64,000 bases of DNA from Eledone cirrhosa (lineage: Eukaryota), in contig OZ024743.1 of the NCBI GenBank assembly GCA_964016885.1, positions 74,772,001-74,836,000 of the forward strand, read 5' to 3'. The translations under genes were made by a program, and so were the position numbers. A model generated the notes under the pieces. It did no database searches. It was not told the DNA's origin and was given only the letters and a program-made list of their open reading frames with translations. Below are positions 54,054 to 64,000 of the stretch, piece by piece (positions within the stretch are counted from its first letter, which is position 1; the number at the start of each line of letters is the position of its first letter).

Positions 54054-54474
54054 CCTGTGTCAGTGTTGAACAAAAAGGTGACGTGGTTGCCTTAACACCG
54101 TATGGCATAAATTCAGGCTGTTCAGTTTGTTTACAAACGAACAAAGCGACGTTAGCGCCGCTAAACTGATACGTGCATATATGTATGTGTACCTGTATGC
54201 ATATGTATGTATATATGTATATATATATATATATGTGCATGCTACTGTACGTCTGTATACATATATGTATGTACGTATACATGCATACTTACATTTAAGT
54301 AAGTGCCATACTAAGAGTGAGAAATGAAATTTCGTTTTCATTTTGTTTCAATTTATCGTTTTCGGTATGCCTGACCGATTTAACTCACTCAATATGCAAA
54401 TTAGGCTGCTCAGCCGTTAATTTTCATAAGGAAAGTATATACTTTCGAACGTTCAACTATCTGGCAGATGGGTA

Positions 54475-54519
54475 AACGGTGCTGATGATAGCTAACAAGC
54501 TTGAAACTAGTACATCGTT
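54475..54519 (+). ncRNA. Minimal type I hammerhead ribozyme; predicted cleavage after 54512
   Basis: identical to 54009-54053. Confidence 0.85.
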
Positions 54520-54943
54520 CCTGTGTCAGTGTTGAACAAAAAGGTGACGTGGTTGCCTTAACACCGTATGGCATAAATTCAGGCTGTTCAGTTTGTTTAC
54601 AAACGAACAAAGCGACGTTAGCGCCGCTAAACTGATACGTGCATATATGTATGTGTACCTGTATGCATATGTATGTATATATGTATATATATATATATAT
54701 GTGCATGCTACTGTACGTCTGTATACATATATGTATGTACGTATACATGCATACTTACATTTAAGTAAGTGCCATACTAAGAGTGAGAAATGAAATTTCG
54801 TTTTCATTTTGTTTCAATTTATCGTTTTCGGTATGCCTGACCGATTTAACTCACTCAATATGCAAATTAGGCTGCTCAGCCGTTAATTTTCATAAGGAAA
54901 GTATATACTTTCGAACGTTCAACTATCTGGCAGATGGGTGGTA

Positions 54944-54988
54944 AACGGTGCTGATGATAGCTAACAAGCTTGAAACTAGTACAACGTT
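54944..54988 (+). ncRNA. Minimal type I hammerhead ribozyme with stem I mismatch; predicted cleavage after 54981
   Basis: CAACGUU instead of CAUCGUU. Confidence 0.75.
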
Positions 54989-55409
54989 CCTGTGTCAGTG
55001 TTGAACAAAAAGGTGACGTGGTTGCCTTAACACCGTATGGCATAAATTCAGGCTGTTCAGTTTGTTTACAAACGAACAAAGCGACGTTAGCGCCGCTAAA
55101 CTGATACGTGCATATATGTATGTGTACCTGTATGCATATGTATGTATATATGTATATATATATATATATGTGCATGCTACTGTACGTCTGTATACATATA
55201 TGTATGTACGTATACATGCATACTTACATTTAAGTAAGTGCCATACTAAGAGTGAGAAATGAAATTTCGTTTTCATTTTGTTTCAATTTATCGTTTTCGG
55301 TATGCCTGACCGATTTAACTCACTCAATATGCAAATTAGGCTGCTCAGCCGTTAATTTTCATAAGGAAAGTATATACTTTCGAACGTTCAACTATCTGGC
55401 AGATGGGTA

Positions 55410-55454
55410 AACGGTGCTGATGATAGCTAACAAGCTTGAAACTAGTACATCGTT
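55410..55454 (+). ncRNA. Minimal type I hammerhead ribozyme; predicted cleavage after 55447
   Basis: identical to 54009-54053. Confidence 0.85.
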
Positions 55455-55751
55455 CCTGTGTCAGTGTTGAACAAAAAGGTGACGTGGTTGCCTTAACACC
55501 GTATGGCATAAATTCAGGCTGTTCAGTTTGTTTACAAACGAACAAAGCGACGTTAGCGCCGCTAAACTGATACGTGCATATATGTATGTGTACCTGTATG
55601 CATATGTATGTATATATGTATATATATATATATATGTGCATGCTACTGTACGTCTGTATACATATATGTATGTACGTATACATGCATACTTACATTTAAG
55701 TAAGTGCCATACTAAGAGTGAGAAATGAAATTTCGTTTTCATTTTGTTTCA

Positions 55752-55791
<40 letters not shown>

Positions 55792-55793
<2 letters not shown>

Positions 55794-58700
55794 CAGGTCA
55801 CCAGTTGGTGCTACTGGTAACATGTATCCCAGTACAACCTGTCCCATAGTCGGGTTGTTGGTGACTAAACTGGCAACCTCACCAAGGTTTCTTGTTGGGT
55901 GAGGAAGGTGACTTTGGACATCCTGCAGGACTAAAAACAAAACCTGTCAAAGGTCAAAGGAGTTCTTAAGAGTCAATGGCCATCCAAAATCACCGGAAGA
56001 GATGACCCCTTAGCCTTTGTCAAGGCAGAATTCTAGGAGAAGGAAAACTCTGATATAACACCTACAACCCTGATGGTATCCAATGATGTTGACTTGTTCT
56101 TCTTTTTGGTAAATATCATCTTGGTTAAGAGAGTGGGACTGGCTTTGTGCAGTGCCTTTGCTCACTATAAAAGCTTCACGGCACAGGTATTGCTTTATAT
56201 CTGGAGATCTCTTTGCACTTGTCATCTTGATGTGGAACTCTGGCTGGCCGTAGCCTAAAAAGGCAAACTGCATTACAATGAAGGTACCTAACACAATTAA
56301 AGTAAATGGTAATAAGGGCTCTGGATCACCATCATGTGAAAGGGTCTGGCCCGGCAGGTGTCCCAGGGCGCCGGAGTCTGGGCCCGGTCGTCATCAGTCT
56401 ACTGTGTGCAAACCACTCAATTTGGGGAGTGGAATGTGCGTACTTTGCTTGATATTGAAACAAATGTACAGCGACCTGAAAGATCGGCATTGGTTACCAA
56501 GGAGCTCAGGCGTTATGATATGGATGTTGTAACCCTCTCAGAAACTCGACTTCATGGTGAGGGCTATTTCACAGAGAAATCCGGTAGATATACGTTTCTG
56601 GAGGGGAAGGAAGAAGGGAGGAGGGAAGCTGGTGTCGCTTTTACCATAAAAACAGTTATAACAGACCATCTTCAGGAGCTGCTGACAGGCGTTAGTGACA
56701 GACTAATCACTGTGAGAGTTCCTCTAGAGGGTGGAAGATATGCAACCATGATTGGTGCTTATGCACCAACTATGGAATGCATTGATGAAGCAAAGCAGGC
56801 TTTTTATGACGAATTAAAGTCTCTTGTCTGGAAAGTGCCTGCAGCAGACAAAATTTTCATTCTTGGAGATTTTAATGCTCGCGTGGGCCGTGATTGTGAG
56901 ACCTGGAGAGCTCTGGGGTCGGAAAGTGCAATGGCAATGGACTCTTGTTATTGCAAATGTGCACTGAGCTGGACTTGTTCATTGGCAGCACTATATTCCA
57001 ACAGAAGGACAAATACAAGACGACATGGATGCATCCTGGATCGAAACAGTGGCACCTGATTTATTATGTCCTTGTGAGGCGGCGGGATGTACAGGATCTG
57101 TGCAGTGTTCGTGTGACGCGTGGGGCAGAGTGTTGGACCTACCATCGTCTTGTGAGAGCAAGAGCAAGGTGTGTAGTTCGTAAAAGGGAGAAACGGCGAG
57201 GGGTATCACTTCCGAAACGGCTGAACGTTGCCCGTCTGAAGGATCCTGAAATCAGAGAAAATATGGTTAAAAAGATGGATGCGTTAGAGTGCGGAAATGA
57301 CTGGACTTCCTTTAAGGAGGCAGTTTATGGGGCATGTGCTGATGTTGTTGGATTCACGGATAAGAAGCATCAGGATTGGTTTGACCAAAATGACAAGCTT
57401 ATAGACAAGCTTTTGGAGGAGAAACATATGCTCCACCCCGCATTGCTTGGTAGGGATTTAAGCACCGATCGGCAGAAGGCAATCCTGATAAGCTGAAGCT
57501 CGTAAAAGCTGATGTGCAACGACAATTGCACCACATCAGTGGTGCGAATGACAAAGCCGATGAAATACAACTGGCGTCGGATGTGAAGGACGTTAAGGCA
57601 ATGTATAATCTTCTTCGTGAAATGTATGGAACACCTACATCACCAGTTGCGCCTCTTAGGACAAAGGATGGCAATCAGCTCCTTAGAGATCCCAATGATA
57701 TCCTGTTGAGATGGCGGGAACACTTTGACGAGCTTCTCAATAGGGATTCAGAGGTTGACGAAGAGTTTATCAGGTCCAGATAAGCCAGTAAAGGAAATCC
57801 TTGCTGAGCCTCCAACGATCGAGGAGGTTAAAAGTGATGTCAGGAAACTAAATGGTGGGAAGTCGCCTGGATTGGATGGGCTGTATGCTGAGATCTTGAA
57901 GCACGGTGGAGAGAATCTCTTGCACCGACTTCATTCTTTGGTTTTGGATGCCTGGAACAACAATCATGTTCCCGATGACTGGAAGGATGCTGTGATGGTT
58001 GTTTTGTACAATGGAAAGGGAGACAGGGATAACTGCGGAAACTATCGTGGGATATCACTGTTGTCTCTTGTCGGCAAAGTTCTCTGTAGAATTCTGTTGG
58101 ACCGTTTATTGCTCCACATTGCTGATGAAGCTCTACCAGAGTCGCAATCGGGCTTTCGGGCTGGGCTTGGCACTGTGGACATGATCTTTACAGCCAGACA
58201 ACTGCAGGAAAAGTGTGTTGAGCAGAATGTGGATCTCTACCAGGTGTTTGTTGATCTGACAAAGGCGTTTGACACGGTCAACAGAAAGGCTTTATGGGAT
58301 ATCTTGAGGAAGCTGGGGTGCCCTGAGAAGTTTGTTTCCATTTTGCGTTTGTTTCATGATGACATGAAGGCATGGGTAAATGTAGGTGGAAAGCTCTGTG
58401 AGCCGGTGACGGTCGAGAATGGAGTCAAACAGGGTGACATTCCAGCTCCAACGCTCTTTGCTTTGTACTTCTCCATTGTCTTCGAACAGGCCTTCGGGAA
58501 CTGCAATGATGGTACATATATTCGCTATTGATCAACTGAAAAGCTGTTTAATATCAAGAGGTTCAATGCTAAGTCAAAGGTTCACTTGTCACTAATCACG
58601 GATTTGCTTTATGCAGATGACTGCGACCTGGTAGTGCACACGGAGATTGATATGCAGCATCTCATGGATGCATTTTTTCTAAAGCGTGTACTGCATTGGG

Positions 58701-59844
58701 ACTTACCATAAGCCTGAAAAAGACAGTAGCCATGTACCAACCAGCCCCTGGGAAGCCATGTTGTGAGCCCAACATCTTGGTTTATGGTGAAAGGCTAAGG
58801 GTCGTTAGCAGTTTTGTATATCTTGGAAGCACTCTGAGTATATTCTGCGATCTTGATGGGGAAATATCAAACAGGATACAGAAAGCCAGTGATGCTTTTG
58901 GAAAACTGAACAACGTCTCTGGTCTCAACACGGAATTTCGGTAAAGACAAAGCTCAAAGTGTATCATGCGTGTGTGCTCGCGGCACTTCTTTATGCTTGT
59001 GAGACGTGGGTGGTCTACCGTAGACAGATGAAGCGACTTGAGAGGTTACACCGGTACTGCTTACGTCGGATCCTCGGCATAACATGGCAAATGTTTGTCA
59101 GTGACGTCGAGGTTCTGGACAGAAGTGGCTGTGATAGTGTCGAGTCCTTGATTTTGAAACATCAGCTGCGCTGGACAGGATATCTTGTAAGGATGAATGA
59201 CAAGCGAATGCCGAAGCAGCTGCTTTATGGCGAGCTCCAAATGGGAAAAAGGAACGCGAGCAAACCCAAGATGCGTTTTAAGGACTGCGTTCAAGAAAAG
59301 TAACATCCCTTGTGAGCACTGGGAAGCATGCGCTAGCGAGAGTTCGCATTGGAGGAAAGCAGTGGCTAGTGGCAAGAGTCTATTTGAGGAAACAAGAAGG
59401 CACGCGACACTAAAAAGAGATGTCCAGAAAGGAATCCATGTTGGCCTTCCCGAAGGCACTGACAGACGGCCTGACCTGACATGTGAGACCTGTAATAGGG
59501 TTTGTCTGAGCATGGCAGGTCTAAAGAGTCACCTGAGAGTGCACAAGAACAGGGAAGCAGGCACCTGTGGAACTATAAGTGTTCATCAGACGACGACATG
59601 TAATTTTTGTGGAAGAGTATGCAGGTCGAGTAGTGATCTCACACGACACCTTGGGTCACATGGTACCATGGGCCCAGCACTGGGTCTCAATAATTGTCAC
59701 AAGTGTAGTGTTTGTACCAGAGTTTTCAAGTCGCTGGCTGGAATAAAAAGCCACACTCGTTCAACGCATCGGTAGAGGTTCTCCTGCATGGATATAAAGT
59801 AGTGGCCGTACTCGAAAACGAGTTGGCAGCCATCATGTATGTAT
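55792..59844 (+). mobile_element. Full-length degraded RTE-clade LINE with three C-terminal C2H2 fingers and short (TGTA) tail
   Basis: 5' UTR with ctaggagaaggaaaactct; APE 56358-57200; RT 57725-58950; fingers 59480-59775. Confidence 0.94.
56358..59775 (+). pseudogene. RTE APE-RT-3xC2H2 ORF with multiple frameshifts and stops
   Basis: GEWNVRTL, GDFNARVG, PESQSGFR, DLTKAFD, GVKQG, LYADD, CETC..H, CNFC..H, CSVC..H. Confidence 0.9.
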
Positions 59845-60102
59845 ATACAAATTAGGATCACTCAATCTCACCGCCGTAAGCTATGCACTTTGATATATAT
59901 TATCCCTGCTTTAAATGAACTTTTATCCAGGATTGACTGGTTGGGCTAACCTTAATTAGCATCAATATTAACAATTATATCTTCTGTGAGGATTCTATAC
60001 CAATATACATTAACAACAAAATATGTATGAAATGTTATAGATGAAACATAATGTAAGAAGTAAAATTTGTTTTAAAAGTATTGCATCTCCTTCATTTCTT
60101 CT

Positions 60103-60213
<111 letters not shown>

Positions 60214-60977
60214 TCAACATACAAAATGTGGACACTGGTTTCGAAATTGAACATAACAAGTTTCGGTTACGATGTTTCAGTTTCAATAAAGACTACATCT
60301 GCGCAATCAATGTTGTATTGATTTTAAAGCTGGTGGAGTTGGGCTACACACATTTCGCAGTTTAATATGTGAACTCTCGTTTTCAGTTTGTATCGCTGTC
60401 GTCATTTACTATTTGTCAAGCGGATGTCGATAAACAAAGCTTGGTTTATGATGAGCTCCTTAGATTATAGATAAGTTCTCACCAGGATGTATCTTCAATT
60501 CTTATTTCAAACCAATATACTTTATATGGAGATAAATGCATGCATGCATGGTCTCAGAATTCCTTGAGGATTTTAGAGTCACCATATTGACATACAGCGT
60601 TTCTAGGACTTATTTAAACCTAGTGGAGCCCATCTCCTCTCTAGGTCTGAATATAGCAGATTTCTTCTAGAGAAGAATAGAGAGGGTGAAAGAATGGAAG
60701 TGAGAAAGAGATATAGATCTCGGCAGAATTTGAACTGAGAGAGCAAAGAGCCGAAACGAATACTGTAATCTGACGTTCTAACGACTGCCAATTTGCCGCC
60801 TTGTATAGGCATATATAGGCATATCAAATATTTCACCCTTCCCTTCACAAGATGTATGGTCAATAAGTTTTATCAAAATTAATTACTTTCACTGGTTTTA
60901 ACAAATTATAGAAATAGTATTTATAAACTATTGTCTTATTCAAACCTTTTGGCGCATGAAAAATGAATGTGATAGTA

Positions 60978-61160
60978 ATTGTTTCTACTTTTGGCACAAG
61001 GCCAGCAATTATCCCAGTGCATTACTGGTACTTTATTTTATCGAGCCTGTAAGGATGAAAGGCAAAGTTAACCTCGACGGGATTTGAACTCAGACCGTAA
61101 AGGGACGTAACTATGCTAGAAAGCATGGTGTCCAACCCTCTACCGATACTGCCAATTCAC
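60978..61160 (-). mobile_element. tRNA-derived SINE
   Basis: reverse complement of the family. Confidence 0.88.
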
Positions 61161-61949
61161 TGTGATAATAATGTTACTTCTGATCCCGTCAATCATTTGC
61201 AGGGCGAAGAGAATGGGGAAGCTAAAATTATGGGTTGAAAATATTTCATTCACAGTGACCCTACATTATAATCTTCACACTAACAAGTTGATACATTTTA
61301 GCTCCCGATTAGCCTTAATTGAACAGACATGGGATCGAAGTTTTTCGACAAAACAGTTTCTTAATACCTTAGGCGAAACGAAAATATAACATAACAGAAT
61401 TATATCTAATTAAATTTATCGAATTAATTGTTTCTAATATCATGTTTTAGATACCGCGTTTGAATATTTTAAAAGAAATGCTAATAAAATTCCAGAATTA
61501 TAAATGTCCAATTAATTAATTTTTTCTTGTATTTTTTTTTTTTTATATTCAAACAAAATAATGTATTATTTAATGAGAAAAAGCAAATAGCGGTACATTA
61601 TTAACATGTCTTTATATTAATTAAAACTAGTTCCAAAATTACCATAATTTTTCTATGCCTTTGTTATGATTATTGGTTCTTCATGAAATAGTTCACTTCT
61701 CTGTTGTCATCACGTGATGGATCTCTTTCGTGTCAGTTATCGTAGGATTTCAAAACATCTTAAAACACTATAGGATTTACGTATGACATTTGTATCAATA
61801 TTCCCTTTAAGAACCAGAAAATAATCAAGCAGTTGCAGGGATTTAGTAAAATAATTTGACTTTCTAGTTATTAAGTAATCACCAGTAATGGACATATATA
61901 TATAGCTTAACTGTTTGGAAGTCCATTGTGTGTGTGTCCCTGAGCCATA

Positions 61950-61998
<49 letters not shown>

Positions 61999-62027
61999 TC
62001 TTTAGTCTTCACATTTATTATTATTAC

Positions 62028-62060
<33 letters not shown>

Positions 62061-62062
62061 AT

Positions 62063-62131
<69 letters not shown>

Positions 62132-62427
62132 GGTAGGGACATAATCCTGGTATGTATATAAGCATTTCTAACTTTAATTTTATACCTAATTGTGTATGGT
62201 TTACCGTATATTTAATCGATTTCCACGTGCTGTTGAAATGTTGGGTAAATATTCTATGGCGGTTGGCCGCGAAGAGATTGCTGTCGTTTATTTATTTACT
62301 ATTTCTTCATAGGTGCCTTTTAATCTTATAGCCTGGTCTAATTGATTTTTTGTGTGGTTAATTATACTAATTGGGAGAGGAAATGGTGTATATATATAAT
62401 CAAATGATTCTATGGATATACATTATA

Positions 62428-62469
<42 letters not shown>

Positions 62470-62474
<5 letters not shown>

Positions 62475-62585
62475 AACGAGTAGGACCCCGACGGCTGAGC
62501 TCAAGCCGTTTCGACGGCTAATTCTGTCCAGAATTAGCCGTCGAAACGGCTTGAGCTCAGCCGTCGGGGTCCTACTCGTTCCTAT
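62470..62585. repeat. Perfect palindrome (~57-bp arms) next to (TA)n containing the 3' half of a hammerhead
   Basis: taggaacgagtaggaccccgacggctgagctcaagccgtttcgacggctaattctg|tc|reverse complement; flank 62581-62652 recurs inverted at ~43947-44018. Confidence 0.93.
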
Positions 62586-62679
62586 TACCAACTCTACTAC
62601 CCTAAGTATTGAGTACTTTGGTGCGTTATGGTCCACCTGGTTCCTTACCACATTTCCTTCGTTATATATATATATATAT

Positions 62680-62775
62680 ATAGTAATAATAATAAATGTG
62701 AAGACTAAAATCCAAAGAGGGCTCGATAAGGATAAATATATATCAAGTATATAAGAACCCTAGAGCAAATATGTT
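62680..62775. repeat. Short dispersed repeat next to (TA)n; other copies ~42985-43078, 61997-62030, 63830-63900
   Basis: ccttatcgagccctctttggattttagtcttcacatttattattattactata or its reverse complement. Confidence 0.75.
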
Positions 62776-62956
62776 TCCGTTCATTGCCAGGGAACGTCTT
62801 CACGAACCAAAATATTGTCTTCCTGTTTTCCTTCGGTTGCAACGTTTTTCGAAATATTTACTTCTGCGTTCACAGATTGTTTTTTTTTTTTATTTTAAGA
62901 AGATCATGTTAAGGGTGAAAGCACCGATTCTTTGCTTAAACTTTAATCTGTTATTT

Positions 62957-63014
<58 letters not shown>

Positions 63015-63274
63015 GTTATTCCGGGTTGAATCGGAGGTAAGCACAGTAAGTAAGTACTCAATACATAGCAAGGTATAAATGTAAGACAGGTGTCTAGGGG
63101 ATGGGTGGAGTTCAATGATTTAAAGAAAAGGGAAATTCTTTAGAAGCTAATTCTTTAAGGCTAAAATAAGGGTGACATAGGCAGAAAAGGTTCCATCAAC
63201 AGATTCAAATGTTGGTCTGAACCCCCTATAGTGAAGTTTCTCTTAATATATATTCCTGGTGTCGACAAGCACAT

Positions 63275-63459
63275 TCACACACGCGCCCACTTACACACGT
63301 ACACACACTTACACGCATGCACATACAGGCAGGCACACACACAACAAACATACATAATGGTACATACATACATATATACATACAAATACTTACATACATA
63401 CACATATACATATATTAGTGTACATACATACGGACACAAATACATATATATACATATAT

Positions 63460-63500
<41 letters not shown>

Positions 63501-63894
63501 GAGAGAGAGACACATATACACACATATATACACAGATATATACACATACATACACACAATATACATATATACATATATACATACATATACACATACATAT
63601 ACGCACATATATACACATATACATATATACACATACGTATACATATACACGCACACACACACACACGCTCTCATGCATACACACGCACACATACACATAT
63701 ATACGTATATATATATATATATATTCATACGTACACCTATCCACACATATTTATATACACACGTACACACACAAATATATACACATATATATACATACAC
63801 ATCCATATACATACATATACACACATATATATATTTGATATATATTTTCCTTATCGAGCCCTCTTTGGACTTTAGTCTTCAATTTTATTATTAT

Positions 63895-63949
<55 letters not shown>

Positions 63950-64000
63950 TACACACATATATATAGATATACACATTTATATACATATACATAGCGTGAA
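63275..64000. repeat. Degenerate (CA)/(TA)/(TACA) tract
   Basis: direct reading. Confidence 0.9.

Larger units (their letters stand above)
53726..55757 (+). mobile_element. 466-bp tandem repeat (~4.4 units) with one hammerhead per unit; non-LTR retrozyme-like
   Basis: periods 466/469/466; near-identical units; hammerhead motif in each complete unit. Confidence 0.88.

Noticed and set aside
53944-55742. Repeated 112/93/66-aa ORFs in the 466-bp array
   Set aside because: Partly TA-repeat derived, no domain motifs, not maintained intact in the diverged 37-kb copies; ribozyme conservation explains the unit better
55794-56010. HDV-like ribozyme at the RTE 5' end
   Set aside because: Known in some RTEs, but I could not assemble the nested double pseudoknot by eye; needs a descriptor search

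Overview
Eukaryotic (animal) intergenic or intronic DNA made almost entirely of retroelements and microsatellites; no host protein-coding gene is supportable. The repeat landscape resembles an octopod cephalopod (inference). Contents: (i) two RTE-clade LINEs with C-terminal C2H2 fingers plus three copies of a ~610-bp bipartite non-autonomous derivative; (ii) an R4/Dong-clade RLE element in (TAA)n and other RLE, CR1 and CRE-like remnants; (iii) a ~21-kb head-to-tail array of four diverged Tx1-clade LINEs and two 3' stubs, with junctions in (GATA)n; (iv) about a dozen copies of a tRNA-derived SINE; (v) non-autonomous Helitron-like elements; (vi) a cluster of minimal type I hammerhead ribozyme motifs. 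The best candidate systems are a 466-bp tandem repeat with one hammerhead per monomer (retrozyme-like, predicted ~466-nt self-cleaved and possibly circular RNA), several long fold-back palindromes that contain or pivot on hammerheads, and a conserved splice donor at the end of Tx1 ORF1 that could excise all of ORF2. All RNA structures were paired by eye; no folding or database search was run.
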